Part shown: positions 20,258 through 30,707 of the stretch, one piece after another | Numbering within the stretch: the first letter of the stretch is position 1 | Layout of the letters: every line of letters begins with the position of its first letter | Assembly (NCBI GenBank): GCA_026129095.1 | Contig: JAHCIT010000014.1 | Coordinates: forward strand, 1-43,297 | Reading direction: 5' to 3' | DNA length: 43,297 nucleotides | From: Deltaproteobacteria bacterium | Lineage (GTDB): Bacteria; JAGRBM01; JAHCIT01 | Made by a program: the position numbers and the translations under genes | Notes under the pieces: generated by a model | Told to the model about the DNA's origin: nothing | Seen by the model: the letters and a program-made list of their open reading frames with translations, nothing else | Databases searched by the model: none

Positions 20258-20499
20258 AATTATTGAGAAAATCCGTTTTTCCCCAGTCAGAGCTATCTGC
20301 TGACGTAGCGCGTCATCGTGTTCAGGCTTTATTCGCACACTGAACTTGGGCCAGTCACGGCTCGAAAATCCGTCAGAAACAACCCTGTCCCTGTTGAACG
20401 TAAAGAGATGTAAATGCCTGTAATTCAAGGGTAATTTGGCAATATCTCGTTGCGCCCAATGGCCGGTTCTAAGTAGTCTTTAATTCGCATCACGGCACC

Positions 20500-20529
20500 A
20501 AAAACTCGCCCCGCCTGGGGCGGGTTTTT
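20500..20529. terminator. Hairpin with A/T tails on both sides (bidirectional terminator-like)
   Basis: AAAAACTCGCCCC-GCCT-GGGGCGGGTTTTT. Confidence 0.55.
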
Positions 20530-20744
20530 AACGGATCAGAGGGCACTGGCGGGGACCGATCTGGCTCCGCCCGCTGCCCGTGGTCCGTTCGGGGAGTCGG
20601 AGAGGGCTTGTCTGTCTCGCGAGCGGACCGGCTTTCTCTCTCTGTTGCGGTGGGGTGATAGCCGAAGCACGCCTGGCTGGGGTGATCCCATGGCCGGTTT
20701 GTGGGGTGTGGACGTTGCAGGACGAGGCGAGACGGACAGTTCCC

Positions 20745-23700
20745 GTGCGGGCGAGTGCGCACCGCCGTGACGGGAGACCGAAGCCGGGGCATGGCAGCGG
20801 CCGGAAGCAATTCCTGTCGGCCGTGTTCCGTGCCGTCCTGCTCGCCTGCCTGCTTCTCCCTGCGGCGGCCTGTGAAAACACGAACAAGGCCAAGCCGCTT
20901 GCCGACTCAATTCCTCCGGGGGAGCAGTTCACCCGGTCGCCACCGGCAGCAGATATCCTGGTGCAGTTCACGGAACTGGCGCGGGCCGGGCAACTCGACG
21001 CGCTGGTGATCTCGTTCCAGCAGATTTACCGGACCGGCGGCCTGAAGGAGCTGGTCGATGCGTTGTCGATCATCCTGAACGCGCAGCGGGTGGAAGAGCT
21101 GTCGCGGGTGCTGAACGCCCTGATCGACCGGGGGACGATATTCCAGTTCACGCCGATCTCGACCGACCTGCTGAACGTGCTCGCAGCTGACCGCGATCCT
21201 TCCCAGCCGGGCATCCAGTCCTCGTGGGATCTGGTGTCGGTCCTGTTTGAAAGCGGCGCGATTCAGGACTTTCTGCCTGCACTCCGGAACCTGCTGGCGC
21301 CGGAGTTTCGCAGCGACGATCCCCGGTTCTCCGATCCGCGTGTGGAAGTGGTCGGGATACTGCTCGAACTGAACGACAAGCTGGGTTCGGATGGCCTGCA
21401 GAACATCCTGGACCAGCTCAACCTGGGACTCGTTCCCTACTCCCGGGTCCTTCCTCCGGACCAGGCATTCCTGGACCGCGGCGTGAACGGCGTTTTTGCC
21501 GTGCTCGCAGGCACGGGAACGACGCAGGCCTACGCGGCCGATGGAACGCTGAACTCGGCGGCTTCGACGTTCCGCCTCATGAACACAAACCTGATTCCCA
21601 CGCTGCCGAACGCCTGCACGCCGCAGCCGTCTGTCAACCCGGCCTTCCCGCAGGCGGTCCCGCTGGATAACTACCGGCTCTCGTTCCGGGTCCGGTTCCT
21701 TACCGGCCGCAATGCAGGCCGCTCGTTCAACATCGCTTCCGTGAACAGCGTGAACTCGCTGACGATCTGCCAGAACGCCTTTGTCCCCGGTGCCGTGGAC
21801 ATTGCCGAAGTGGGTCCTGTGCTGGAGGATGACACCAACTTCCGGTTCCAGATCCTCGTGCCGACGAATGTCCGCGCAACCGATGTGGAGCTGGACGACT
21901 TCAGCGTATTCCCGCCCGTGTTGAACGAGACATTCGACTACGCCGTCGATTCCGCTGCTGCCGGCGGCGTCGTATACAGCTTCCATGATCCGGCGGACTT
22001 CACGACCCGCGACTTCGCCGAAGCTGGCATCCAGGCAGGGGACGAGATCCGGTTCAAGAGCGGAGTCAATTCGGGACTCGACTTCAGGGTGGTCGCCCCC
22101 GCCCGCCGCGAACTCAAGGTGAAGCCGCGCTTCCTGGTGCAGGAAATGGCTGATGCGCTGGTCTTTGACCAGACCTACAACGACAGTTTTGCCGAGCGGA
22201 AGAAGCACCGGCGGCTGTCTGTCCTGTTGCCGGCGACACCGCTCGCGGGCGATATTCTTTATCTGGCACCGCAGTCGACAACGGGCCGGTTCCCGCGCGG
22301 CAACGACCTGAATTCCAGCAGCGGTTTCTATATCGCGGACCGGGCGGACACGACCCTGGCATACCGGTTTGGACAGCTGAACATCGTGCGCGATGCCCTG
22401 CCGGTGATCGAACGGGTGGTCAGCGGCAAGCTGACGCCCGATTCGCGCACGATTCTTGACCTGTTCCTGCTGACCGATCTCATGCCAGGCAACCGTTTCT
22501 ACGGCGACGACTTCGTGAGCCCCATCGAGCTGCTCGCGCTGACAAGCGTCCGCACCGACCAGAACCGGGACGGCGTGTTCAACGCCTTCGATAACCTGGA
22601 CCGCAACGGCGACGGCTCCTGCATGATCGCCAAGGATATCGTCGAGACCATCAATGTCCCGGCCAACCGGCGCATCCAGGTCGCCAAGACCGTGGACTAC
22701 CAGTTCGACTTCCTGAGCGGAACCCCCCAGTGCCAGCTCGACTTCCTCGACCTGAACAATGACGGCACGGTTTCGGATGGCGAGAACTTCGACGTGAATG
22801 GCGACGGCATTTTCGACATCCGGGATTTTTCCTTCGATGTGCTCACGAACCCGCTTTACGCCGCCCGCGCATTCCATTTTGACAAGGATGGCGACGGTTT
22901 CCCCGACTGCCGCCTGTTTACCGAGCCGCTGGACTGCCGGCTGTTCGACACCAATCTCGACGGCGTTCTGGACGATCAGGATCTGCTGCCGGCGGTCGTT
23001 GACCGGAACGGCCGGGTGAATCTGGTGAACGGGTTCTCGATACAGGACCGGTTCCCGGACGGGGCCCCCGACGGCGTGATCGACTATCGCGACATCCTGA
23101 ACACCGTCACCATCACGCCTGATAATTTCTACCAGCCCGATGACGCCAATCCGTTCACGCTGAACGACAATCTTCCCCGCCTGCTGGAAGCCACACTGGA
23201 CGGCGTGGAACTGGCATACAGCTCGGGCCTGGGGCCGTCGCTGGAGCGCGGAGCCTTCGCGCTGGCCGAGGGGTTGCGCAACCCGCTCCGGCTGTTCATC
23301 AACCGCGAGGACCAGAATGGCCAGGTCGTCAAGGAAGGCCTGCCGACGGTGATTATCCAGGACATCGGCTATGCGCTGCTGACGCAGGATCTGGTGAGTA
23401 ACGAGTACGTGCTGGGCCCCGCGATCAAGGCGCTCTACGCGCTGCTGACCGACGGTCCCCTCGGATACCAGTCGTTCCGTGGTTCCTTCGAAACCCGGTA
23501 CGCTGCTGAACTCCGGAAGGAATACAACCTGACGAGCGGCCAGTTTATCGAGGAGTATTTCGACCGGACGAGAGTTGCCGACGGTTCGACCTTCCTCCAG
23601 GCGCAGGCGCCCGTGAACCTGCTGACCCAGCCGGTCACGATCCGGATTCCCAACGATTTCGATAATCCTTTTGGGCGCGTTTTCCCGTATGGCACGCTGG

Positions 23701-26700
23701 AGTTCATTCTCCGCAATGCGCTGGGCAACATTGCGAACGATCCACTCGCATCGGTGGACGCCCTTTTCATACGCACCGCCCACAACTACCGGATGGAACC
23801 GCTTTGCCAGGGTCCGGATGGCTGTCTGGCGGTGCCGGTCCAGCGGGTGCTTCCCGACGGCAGTCCGATCGACCTGACCGAAGTCGCACTGGCGACTACC
23901 AGCGGCGATCCCGGCCAGGATCTGGTTCCGGGCAATGGACTGCGGATGTTCGGGTTCACCCGTGCAGAGGCACTTCTGGCCTGGGAGACACCGAAGGCAG
24001 TGTCCTGCGACATCGAGGCAAACGGACTTCCCCTGGCGACGGTGGCTGGAACGGGAGGATCCCTGAACCTCTCGCCAGATCCTCTCGACCTGGCAACTAC
24101 CTATTCCGTGACATGCCAGGGTACCGATGGCCCCGTGGAAGGCTCGCTGACGGTGGAGCAGCCGGTAGTGGGCGAGTTCCAGGTCCCCATCCGGGTGTTT
24201 GCGGCGACTCCATTCATCAAGACCGCACCCCAGTTCACCTCGCTTGGCTGGGATACCAGCGGCGTCACCGGGTGTTCGATCGACAATGGTATCGGAGCGG
24301 TCAATATCCCGTTCGGGCAGGTGTCGGTGAACCCCCCTGCCACGACGACCTATACGCTGACCTGTGATTCGGTGACCGGACCGGTGACCGCATCGACGAC
24401 GGTTGTCATCGGAACGCCCGGCACAAGCGTGGGACTGAGCAGCATTGAACTTGATGTCGCATCGGCAGCGAACGTGATCGATTTCAGCTTCGCGGTTCCG
24501 GGCGACATCATGGTGGTGGCTCGCCAGCCACTGCACTATGCCATTTGCGCGCCTGCTCTGGACGATCTTCCCAACGCCCCATCGGTCCTCGACCTGAGGC
24601 GGATGGCGGCGCCGGAAGTCGATGCCAGCGGGATTCCGCTGAACCCGGATATCCTGGACCCTGACAACTGCGATCAGTACCAGGTCTGGGATATCGATTC
24701 CCGGCCCGGGTATCCGGCTTACCGGGACAATACGATTGAAATCGAATCCCTGGAACCCACACCGGGGCTCCGTTTCGCCGACCGGCGCCGGATGGTGGAC
24801 CTTATCTGCAGCAAGGAGACGGTCGATTGCTATCGGGTGATGCAGGTGATCGGCGAGAGCGGCATCTATCTGGCGGCCGAGGAGGGGCTGGATGACGATA
24901 TCCTGCCGGGTGATGACATCGAAACCCGGCTTTCCGGCGGTGGGCTGTATCTGGGCACGATGGCAAACTACCTTGAAAGACTGCCCCATCAGCTGTTCCA
25001 GATTTACAACTTCCACCAGGAAGACGGACGGATCCCGACGTTTGACGGCCTGCCGCCGAACTTCGACTTCTCCAACATCGACCTTTCCCGCGCCCAGGCC
25101 AACGGTTCCCCGGAGTTCCGCCCCTCCATTGCGCAACAGATGACTCGTGCGCTGCCGATTTTCGACATCCAGGGCGAGTTCACGCTGCACTACGGGAGCG
25201 ATCTGAGGCGTCTCAATCCGGTTTCGACGACGGCGTACTCCGGCCAGCCACTTTCAAACCTGTGCCCGGTGAATTCGGTACCGGTTCTTTCCTGTAGCGG
25301 GGATTTCAGCGGCAACCCGTATACTGAAATCAATCACGATGGCACCGAGGACGATCTGGTGCTTCAGATCGGGACTGTGCAGGAACGGTTCCGCGTCAAG
25401 GCCGTGAAGGCGGACCAGATACTCTGCGTGAGCACCATATCCGTTAATGGCACGTCGCTGCCGGCCAGCATACCCGTTGTGGGAAGCGCCGGGTTCTCGC
25501 CGGATCTCAACTTCTACGATCCGTTCGCGAGTTTCGTGCCCGGCAGTCCGAACAATCCGCCTGACGAACTGAATGTGCGCGACGCGGCGGCCACGATATG
25601 CAAGCGGCAGGAACCGCCCACGGCGACTGTCTGCTCGGCATATCCGGCCTTTGTGCCGGGTGATCCGGTGCCGATCGTGCCGCGGAACTTCTGCACGGTA
25701 GAGAGCACATCGGTGTACCGGTGTAACGCCCCGCATCCCGGTGTCGATCCAAGCTGCCTGGTCAACGACACGGCTCCGCCGTCCGGTTCGGTTACCAGTT
25801 ACAGCATTCGCCGGTCGGTGAACGTGCTGGCGCAACTGCTTCCCCAGGTTTCACGGGTTCGCACGGCGACCGCCCGCCAGATGATCGAGGACACCAGCGC
25901 GATGACGGCTCCGCTGCTGGAGGGGTCGCTGGTGAGCGAATCCGACAAGCAGGCGATCCGCGAGTCGCTGAAGGCAATCGAGGCGCTGGCCCGGAACGGA
26001 ATTCTTCCGGTGGGGGTCCGTCTGGCGCAGGGACTGATCCGGCCCAATGGCCAGAACCTGAACGTCAATGACGCCATCATCACGGCGAGCCGATCGCTAA
26101 CCCGGTCCCGGCAGATGGATAACGGGGAGATCACCAACAACCGGATCGTTCTCCAGCAGCTGGAACCCCTGCTGGCGGCGCTGCTGAATCCGGATAACCC
26201 CCTGGTCCGGGACGCGCTCGACTTCCTGAACGCGTTCGATGAAGTCACCATCCAGAGCGTCAACAATCCGATCGTGATTCCTCCGATGCATTCGGCCTCT
26301 GACCCGGTGATCTACCGTGACATCATCGGGATTCCATGCAGTCTGGAGGAGATCGGCGTCGGGGCGTTCCCATGCGAGAACCGTACCGATGGTATCTCGC
26401 TGCTGGTGGACTTTGTCCGGGCGGCGACGGCAGCGGTTCCGCTACGGACCAAGGCAGGAGCAGTGCAGTATGATGCTTCCGGCAATCCCATCCTCATGCG
26501 GCCTGGCGATTTTCTCACGCAGGGGGCCGATGATCTCATGGCGCTCCTGGTTGACTGTATTGTCGGGGATGTGCCGCCGATCGGCATCGGCGCGCCGGTT
26601 TTCAACTGCAGTTCGCTGGAAGAACCTGCCCAACTGACGCTTTTTGGCGACATCATTGTCCAGGCGGCGCTTACGTTCGGAGCCATCGGGACCGATCCGG

Positions 26701-27350
26701 AGTTCGACACCGAGCTGGTCCCGTTCACGGCCACGCTGCTCGGCACGATCGGGGATCTGCTTGCCACGCCGCGGGGACAGCGCAAGGAGGATCCCCTTCT
26801 CTCGACGTTGCGGTTGTTCGCCGCTGAGCAGAGCCTGGCTGCGCTGGGTGAGGCCAACGACGCATTCCAGTCGCTGAACCATTCGGACCGCCAGAAGCTG
26901 CTTTCCTTCATCATCGACCAGTTTGACCCGAATACCGGCGCCGTCGCCGGATTTATCGACGCTACCATCCCGCTGATCGAGGCGGACGCGAAACTGGTGT
27001 TCCAGAAGGGCCTTTCGGAATTTTTCCAGGTCAATGTGGACCTGCCGCCTGTGCTCTGTTCCGCCGCGCCGTCGCTGGCCGGCCGGGTTATTGAATGCAT
27101 GACGCGGGTACTGGGCGATGTCCCGGAGCAGGACATCCGGTTTTTATATGATACGCTGGTCGAACTGATTGATACAGGGGTGGCGGACGTACTGGTGGGC
27201 GTCATCTCCCAGCTGGTAACGACGGGGGCACTTGAGCGCCTGACGCCGACGCTGGTGCTGATGTCTCAGGAAAACGTGACCGACGAGATGGTTATTTTTG
27301 TCAGCATTCTGCTGAATAATGGGGTGCTGGGGGTGGACAGGCCGAGATGA
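20745..27350 (+). CDS. Very large (~2200 aa) putative lipoprotein with Dx[DN]xDG Ca-binding repeats and Ig/PKD-like repeats
   Basis: Long ORF with host-like codon use; lipobox-like LLLPAAAC; several DxNxDG motifs; TTYSVTC and TTTYTLTC Ig-like units; helical N- and C-terminal regions. Start uncertain (20580, 20745 or 20823). Confidence 0.8.
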   Translation: MRASAHRRDGRPKPGHGSGRKQFLSAVFRAVLLACLLLPAAACENTNKAKPLADSIPPGEQFTRSPPAADILVQFTELARAGQLDALVISFQQIYRTGGLKELVDALSIILNAQRVEELSRVLNALIDRGTIFQFTPISTDLLNVLAADRDPSQPGIQSSWDLVSVLFESGAIQDFLPALRNLLAPEFRSDDPRFSDPRVEVVGILLELNDKLGSDGLQNILDQLNLGLVPYSRVLPPDQAFLDRGVNGVFAVLAGTGTTQAYAADGTLNSAASTFRLMNTNLIPTLPNACTPQPSVNPAFPQAVPLDNYRLSFRVRFLTGRNAGRSFNIASVNSVNSLTICQNAFVPGAVDIAEVGPVLEDDTNFRFQILVPTNVRATDVELDDFSVFPPVLNETFDYAVDSAAAGGVVYSFHDPADFTTRDFAEAGIQAGDEIRFKSGVNSGLDFRVVAPARRELKVKPRFLVQEMADALVFDQTYNDSFAERKKHRRLSVLLPATPLAGDILYLAPQSTTGRFPRGNDLNSSSGFYIADRADTTLAYRFGQLNIVRDALPVIERVVSGKLTPDSRTILDLFLLTDLMPGNRFYGDDFVSPIELLALTSVRTDQNRDGVFNAFDNLDRNGDGSCMIAKDIVETINVPANRRIQVAKTVDYQFDFLSGTPQCQLDFLDLNNDGTVSDGENFDVNGDGIFDIRDFSFDVLTNPLYAARAFHFDKDGDGFPDCRLFTEPLDCRLFDTNLDGVLDDQDLLPAVVDRNGRVNLVNGFSIQDRFPDGAPDGVIDYRDILNTVTITPDNFYQPDDANPFTLNDNLPRLLEATLDGVELAYSSGLGPSLERGAFALAEGLRNPLRLFINREDQNGQVVKEGLPTVIIQDIGYALLTQDLVSNEYVLGPAIKALYALLTDGPLGYQSFRGSFETRYAAELRKEYNLTSGQFIEEYFDRTRVADGSTFLQAQAPVNLLTQPVTIRIPNDFDNPFGRVFPYGTLEFILRNALGNIANDPLASVDALFIRTAHNYRMEPLCQGPDGCLAVPVQRVLPDGSPIDLTEVALATTSGDPGQDLVPGNGLRMFGFTRAEALLAWETPKAVSCDIEANGLPLATVAGTGGSLNLSPDPLDLATTYSVTCQGTDGPVEGSLTVEQPVVGEFQVPIRVFAATPFIKTAPQFTSLGWDTSGVTGCSIDNGIGAVNIPFGQVSVNPPATTTYTLTCDSVTGPVTASTTVVIGTPGTSVGLSSIELDVASAANVIDFSFAVPGDIMVVARQPLHYAICAPALDDLPNAPSVLDLRRMAAPEVDASGIPLNPDILDPDNCDQYQVWDIDSRPGYPAYRDNTIEIESLEPTPGLRFADRRRMVDLICSKETVDCYRVMQVIGESGIYLAAEEGLDDDILPGDDIETRLSGGGLYLGTMANYLERLPHQLFQIYNFHQEDGRIPTFDGLPPNFDFSNIDLSRAQANGSPEFRPSIAQQMTRALPIFDIQGEFTLHYGSDLRRLNPVSTTAYSGQPLSNLCPVNSVPVLSCSGDFSGNPYTEINHDGTEDDLVLQIGTVQERFRVKAVKADQILCVSTISVNGTSLPASIPVVGSAGFSPDLNFYDPFASFVPGSPNNPPDELNVRDAAATICKRQEPPTATVCSAYPAFVPGDPVPIVPRNFCTVESTSVYRCNAPHPGVDPSCLVNDTAPPSGSVTSYSIRRSVNVLAQLLPQVSRVRTATARQMIEDTSAMTAPLLEGSLVSESDKQAIRESLKAIEALARNGILPVGVRLAQGLIRPNGQNLNVNDAIITASRSLTRSRQMDNGEITNNRIVLQQLEPLLAALLNPDNPLVRDALDFLNAFDEVTIQSVNNPIVIPPMHSASDPVIYRDIIGIPCSLEEIGVGAFPCENRTDGISLLVDFVRAATAAVPLRTKAGAVQYDASGNPILMRPGDFLTQGADDLMALLVDCIVGDVPPIGIGAPVFNCSSLEEPAQLTLFGDIIVQAALTFGAIGTDPEFDTELVPFTATLLGTIGDLLATPRGQRKEDPLLSTLRLFAAEQSLAALGEANDAFQSLNHSDRQKLLSFIIDQFDPNTGAVAGFIDATIPLIEADAKLVFQKGLSEFFQVNVDLPPVLCSAAPSLAGRVIECMTRVLGDVPEQDIRFLYDTLVELIDTGVADVLVGVISQLVTTGALERLTPTLVLMSQENVTDEMVIFVSILLNNGVLGVDRPR

Positions 27351-28666
27351 ATCCTCGCAACTTGAGCGGAGGGCTGCCCGGCGGACGGTGGAGACACCGG
27401 CTCGCGGCGATGGCTTTCCTGTCCGCGGCCCTGCTGCTGCCGGCCGCTGCACGGGCCCAGTCGCCTGCCATCCAGTTCGGCCTCGGTTCGAAGTCGATGG
27501 CGCTGGGCGGTGCAGTGTCCGCGCATGCGGATGATTTCGCCGCCGTGTTCTACAACCCCGCCGGACTTGCGAACAAGACCGACCTCCAGCTTTCGGCCGG
27601 CCCGCAGCTGGTCATTCCCAGCTTCCGGATCCAGAGCTTTTCCGGTACCCGGAAGGGGAGCACCAAGACATTCCTTGCCAACAATTTCGGCGGTGTTGTG
27701 CCGATTGGCGGTCCGTTCGAACGCAAGCTCGCCATCGGACTGGCTGCCTACACACCGTTCCCGACCATCGTTTCTATACGTATCCGCACACCCGAGGAAC
27801 CCTCGTTTGTTTTCAGCGAGGACCAGCTCCAGACGCCGGTGATTGCCTTTGGTGCCGCATACCGGGTGAACCAGTATTTCTCGTTTGGCGCCGGCGGGCA
27901 GCTCCTCGTGACGGCGAAGGGCAAGATACGGACATCTGTGGACCTCGCCAACGCCGCGATACGCCAGCGCGATACGTCGATCACCATTGCGCCGACGCTT
28001 GCTCCCATTCTGGGTGTGCAGATCACCCCGATCCGGTACCTGAAGCTGGGCATGTTCTACAGGGGCAAGGTGAAGCCCGATTTCGACCTGCCGATCGACG
28101 TGGACGCCGACATTATCGGGTTCTCGTCGTCGTTCACGAGTTCGATCCTGTTCTCCCCGGCCCAGCTTGGTGGCGGTCTCTCTTTCGAGGTGCTTGAGAA
28201 ACTGATCCTTTCGACCGACTTCGTGTACGTGTTCTCGTCAGAAACACCGAGCCCCGGCATCGCGCTGCGGATCACGCCGACCGCGCTGGTTGCGCCGATC
28301 GTCACCATCGATCCGGACCCGAACTTCAGCAACACCTACGAACTGCGTGCCGGTGTCGAGTACAAGCTGAACGAGGATATCCGGTTCAGGGCGGGGTATT
28401 TCCGGCGTACAAGCCCCGCTCCCGAGCAGGTTTTCGACACGAGCTTCCTGGACTCCACTGCCAACGGTTTCTCCATTGGCACCGGTGTCACGCTGAAGGA
28501 TCCGACGGAAATACTCCAGAAGCCGTTCACGATTGACAACCATTTCCAGTGGACCCAGTACCAGCGTCGGACGTACCAGCGTGAATCACCGCTGCACCCG
28601 ATCGGTGATCTCCGCTTCAAGGGCCGGGTATTCAACATCGGCGCGACATTTACGGTGAGGTTCTGA
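27347..28666 (+). CDS. FadL/OmpP1/TodX-family outer-membrane transporter
   Basis: Signal peptide, GSKSMALGGA...DDFAAVFYNPAGL hatch signature, amphipathic beta-strands, LRAGVEY/FRAGY and a terminal Phe; ATGA overlap with the upstream gene. Confidence 0.88.
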   Translation: MNPRNLSGGLPGGRWRHRLAAMAFLSAALLLPAAARAQSPAIQFGLGSKSMALGGAVSAHADDFAAVFYNPAGLANKTDLQLSAGPQLVIPSFRIQSFSGTRKGSTKTFLANNFGGVVPIGGPFERKLAIGLAAYTPFPTIVSIRIRTPEEPSFVFSEDQLQTPVIAFGAAYRVNQYFSFGAGGQLLVTAKGKIRTSVDLANAAIRQRDTSITIAPTLAPILGVQITPIRYLKLGMFYRGKVKPDFDLPIDVDADIIGFSSSFTSSILFSPAQLGGGLSFEVLEKLILSTDFVYVFSSETPSPGIALRITPTALVAPIVTIDPDPNFSNTYELRAGVEYKLNEDIRFRAGYFRRTSPAPEQVFDTSFLDSTANGFSIGTGVTLKDPTEILQKPFTIDNHFQWTQYQRRTYQRESPLHPIGDLRFKGRVFNIGATFTVRF

Positions 28667-28671
28667 GAACG

Positions 28672-30621
28672 ATGCGTATGCACCGGAAACTGACGATAGG
28701 GGTGATACTGGTGGCTGCGGCCGGATTCTGGCTGGGGCCGCAGGGCTGCACCGATCCGTTCCTTCCCGATCCGTTCCCCACTGATCCGCAGGTGGGCTAC
28801 CTTGCCACGCTGGGCAAGGTGCCCCTGTTCGCATCGGACACGACACAGTCCGGCTTTGTCTACACGTTCGACGATTACGGCGTCGGCAGTCCCTACGTGC
28901 TGATCAATCCGGATGGCACGTATTCAATGTATTTCCAGGGCGATGACCAGCCCGACAGCGCCAGCGACCGGAACGTGACTTTCGCCATTGGCCGCTCAGA
29001 TTCCGACACCGAGGGGCAGACCTGGGGCCCCCGGGAAGTCATTCTCGTGAGGCGCAATCTGGCCGACGATCCGGGGCTCGTCCCGTTCGATCCGCCGGTG
29101 CCGGCGGTGGCAGGATGCGGCCCCAACGGCCTGATCGAGAACTGTTACGATTCAAATGGCGTGACCGACCCGATGGTGGCTGATGGGTTCCTTTACTATG
29201 CGGGGCCTGGGCTTCCGGATCCGATTCTCCGGTTCGACGGCGCCGAAGTTCCCGAAGTCCCGCCGGCAATCGGCCGGGCGCAGTTGCCCCCGGTAAACCA
29301 GATTGGCCGCAATGGGGTACCGCTTCTGATCGCCAACAAGGCGATGACGGCTGGCGACCCGGTGATCACGACAGAGGAAGACGCGTTCTTCAACTCACTG
29401 GCCGATTCGTTCGATCCCTACACGCTGCCGTGCGACCGGAAATCGTTCCTGCCGGACGAGTTTGGCAGTGCATCGGTCACGGAACTGAATTCGCGGAATT
29501 CGGCGCGGGCCACGGGAGTCCGGGCGGGGCCTTACCCTTGGGAATCGGGCGGCGTCAGCTCGCCCTTTGTCATCCAGAGTCCGTATGAACGGAACCGGGT
29601 TCTCATGTATTATACCTGCACCGAGGAGTTCGGGCGGATTGTCCAGGGGGACTGCGAGGTCCGGAAGATCGACCGGATCTGTGTTGCCGAGATGAGGACC
29701 ACCAGTGACGGGCGGATGGTTGCCGAGCGGCTCATCCGGTCCGATTCCGACGTGGTATATGCGACGCCATACGCCCCGAACCGGCCCCTTGCCAACAACA
29801 TCGTCGTCAACAACGGCAACTTCCCCGGCTTTGACGACGTAGGCAGCGGTGACCCGACTATCGAGCTCTCAACCACCATCACCGGCCGGGTGGTCATGCG
29901 GATGTGGTACACCGGCACGAGCGAGATCGGCGCCCAGCGAGTGGGCATCACGGGATCATTCGATGGTTTCGACTGGGATGCCGACGACCAGGTGCTCCGT
30001 ATCTCGACCATCATTCCGACCAATCCCGTCCTGGTCCAGGCGGCCAAGTCGGCCAAGCCGGCCTCGACATTCGATTCCAGTGATGTGCTTCGTGTGTTCT
30101 ATGAGTCGACTAGCAAGGGGCTCGCCTCGATCAACATGGCGACGATCGTCCGGCTGGACGACACGATTCCTCCCACGATCCAGTTCCTTTCGCCGCAGGG
30201 CTCCAGCCTGGTGTTTTCCCAGGGCGGGTCGGTCACGTTCCGCCTCCGCTTCGAGGATTTCGGCGGTTCGGGTATCGACCAGTCCACGTTCCAGATCCGT
30301 ATTACCGGTATCCAGACAACTGCCGGTGCCGGCACTGCGATTACTGCCACCAACCAGACCACCAATGGTGCCGTCGGCAGCGGATCGCCGCCGACCCTCA
30401 AGCTGAACGAGGATTTCAACGAGGAGTTCCCGGCCTTCCGGTTCGACGTGGCTGACCGGGCGGAAGTGGCCCTGACGCTCCAGGATTTCCTGATATCGCC
30501 GCCCCTCAGTGCCGGACAATCGGCCCAGGTGTCGGTCGAGGCGGTGATTTTCGACCGCGCTGATATCGGGCGGCAGCGTCCGGCCCGCAGCGGCGTGACG
30601 TTTACGGTCGTCCAGCAGTAG
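28672..30621 (+). CDS. Putative lipoprotein with glycoside-hydrolase-like 5-bladed beta-propeller and C-terminal Ig-like domain
   Basis: Signal ending in QGC; repeated blades GSPYVL..YSMYF, GVTDPMV..LYY, GVSSPFV..LMYY and GSGDPTI..RMWYTG..SFDGFDW; DTIPPTIQF starts an Ig-like C-terminus. Confidence 0.65.
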   Translation: MRMHRKLTIGVILVAAAGFWLGPQGCTDPFLPDPFPTDPQVGYLATLGKVPLFASDTTQSGFVYTFDDYGVGSPYVLINPDGTYSMYFQGDDQPDSASDRNVTFAIGRSDSDTEGQTWGPREVILVRRNLADDPGLVPFDPPVPAVAGCGPNGLIENCYDSNGVTDPMVADGFLYYAGPGLPDPILRFDGAEVPEVPPAIGRAQLPPVNQIGRNGVPLLIANKAMTAGDPVITTEEDAFFNSLADSFDPYTLPCDRKSFLPDEFGSASVTELNSRNSARATGVRAGPYPWESGGVSSPFVIQSPYERNRVLMYYTCTEEFGRIVQGDCEVRKIDRICVAEMRTTSDGRMVAERLIRSDSDVVYATPYAPNRPLANNIVVNNGNFPGFDDVGSGDPTIELSTTITGRVVMRMWYTGTSEIGAQRVGITGSFDGFDWDADDQVLRISTIIPTNPVLVQAAKSAKPASTFDSSDVLRVFYESTSKGLASINMATIVRLDDTIPPTIQFLSPQGSSLVFSQGGSVTFRLRFEDFGGSGIDQSTFQIRITGIQTTAGAGTAITATNQTTNGAVGSGSPPTLKLNEDFNEEFPAFRFDVADRAEVALTLQDFLISPPLSAGQSAQVSVEAVIFDRADIGRQRPARSGVTFTVVQQ

Positions 30622-30707
30622 TTTTACTTCTGCACCACCGGTGGCTATCCCTTGCCGCACGGACCGGATTTTTCGCGTCCGCATGCCGGGTTTCCCGGGC
30701 CTGAACT

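Noticed and set aside
20436-20454. TGGCA...TTGC sigma54-like site upstream of the lipoprotein operon
   Set aside because: GG-to-GC spacing is 12 nt rather than the required 10.
20907-25190. 1427-aa minus-strand ORF, and similar long antisense ORFs over glnA, lepA, argS and others
   Set aside because: Shadow frames of GC-rich genes; the opposite strand carries the recognisable proteins.
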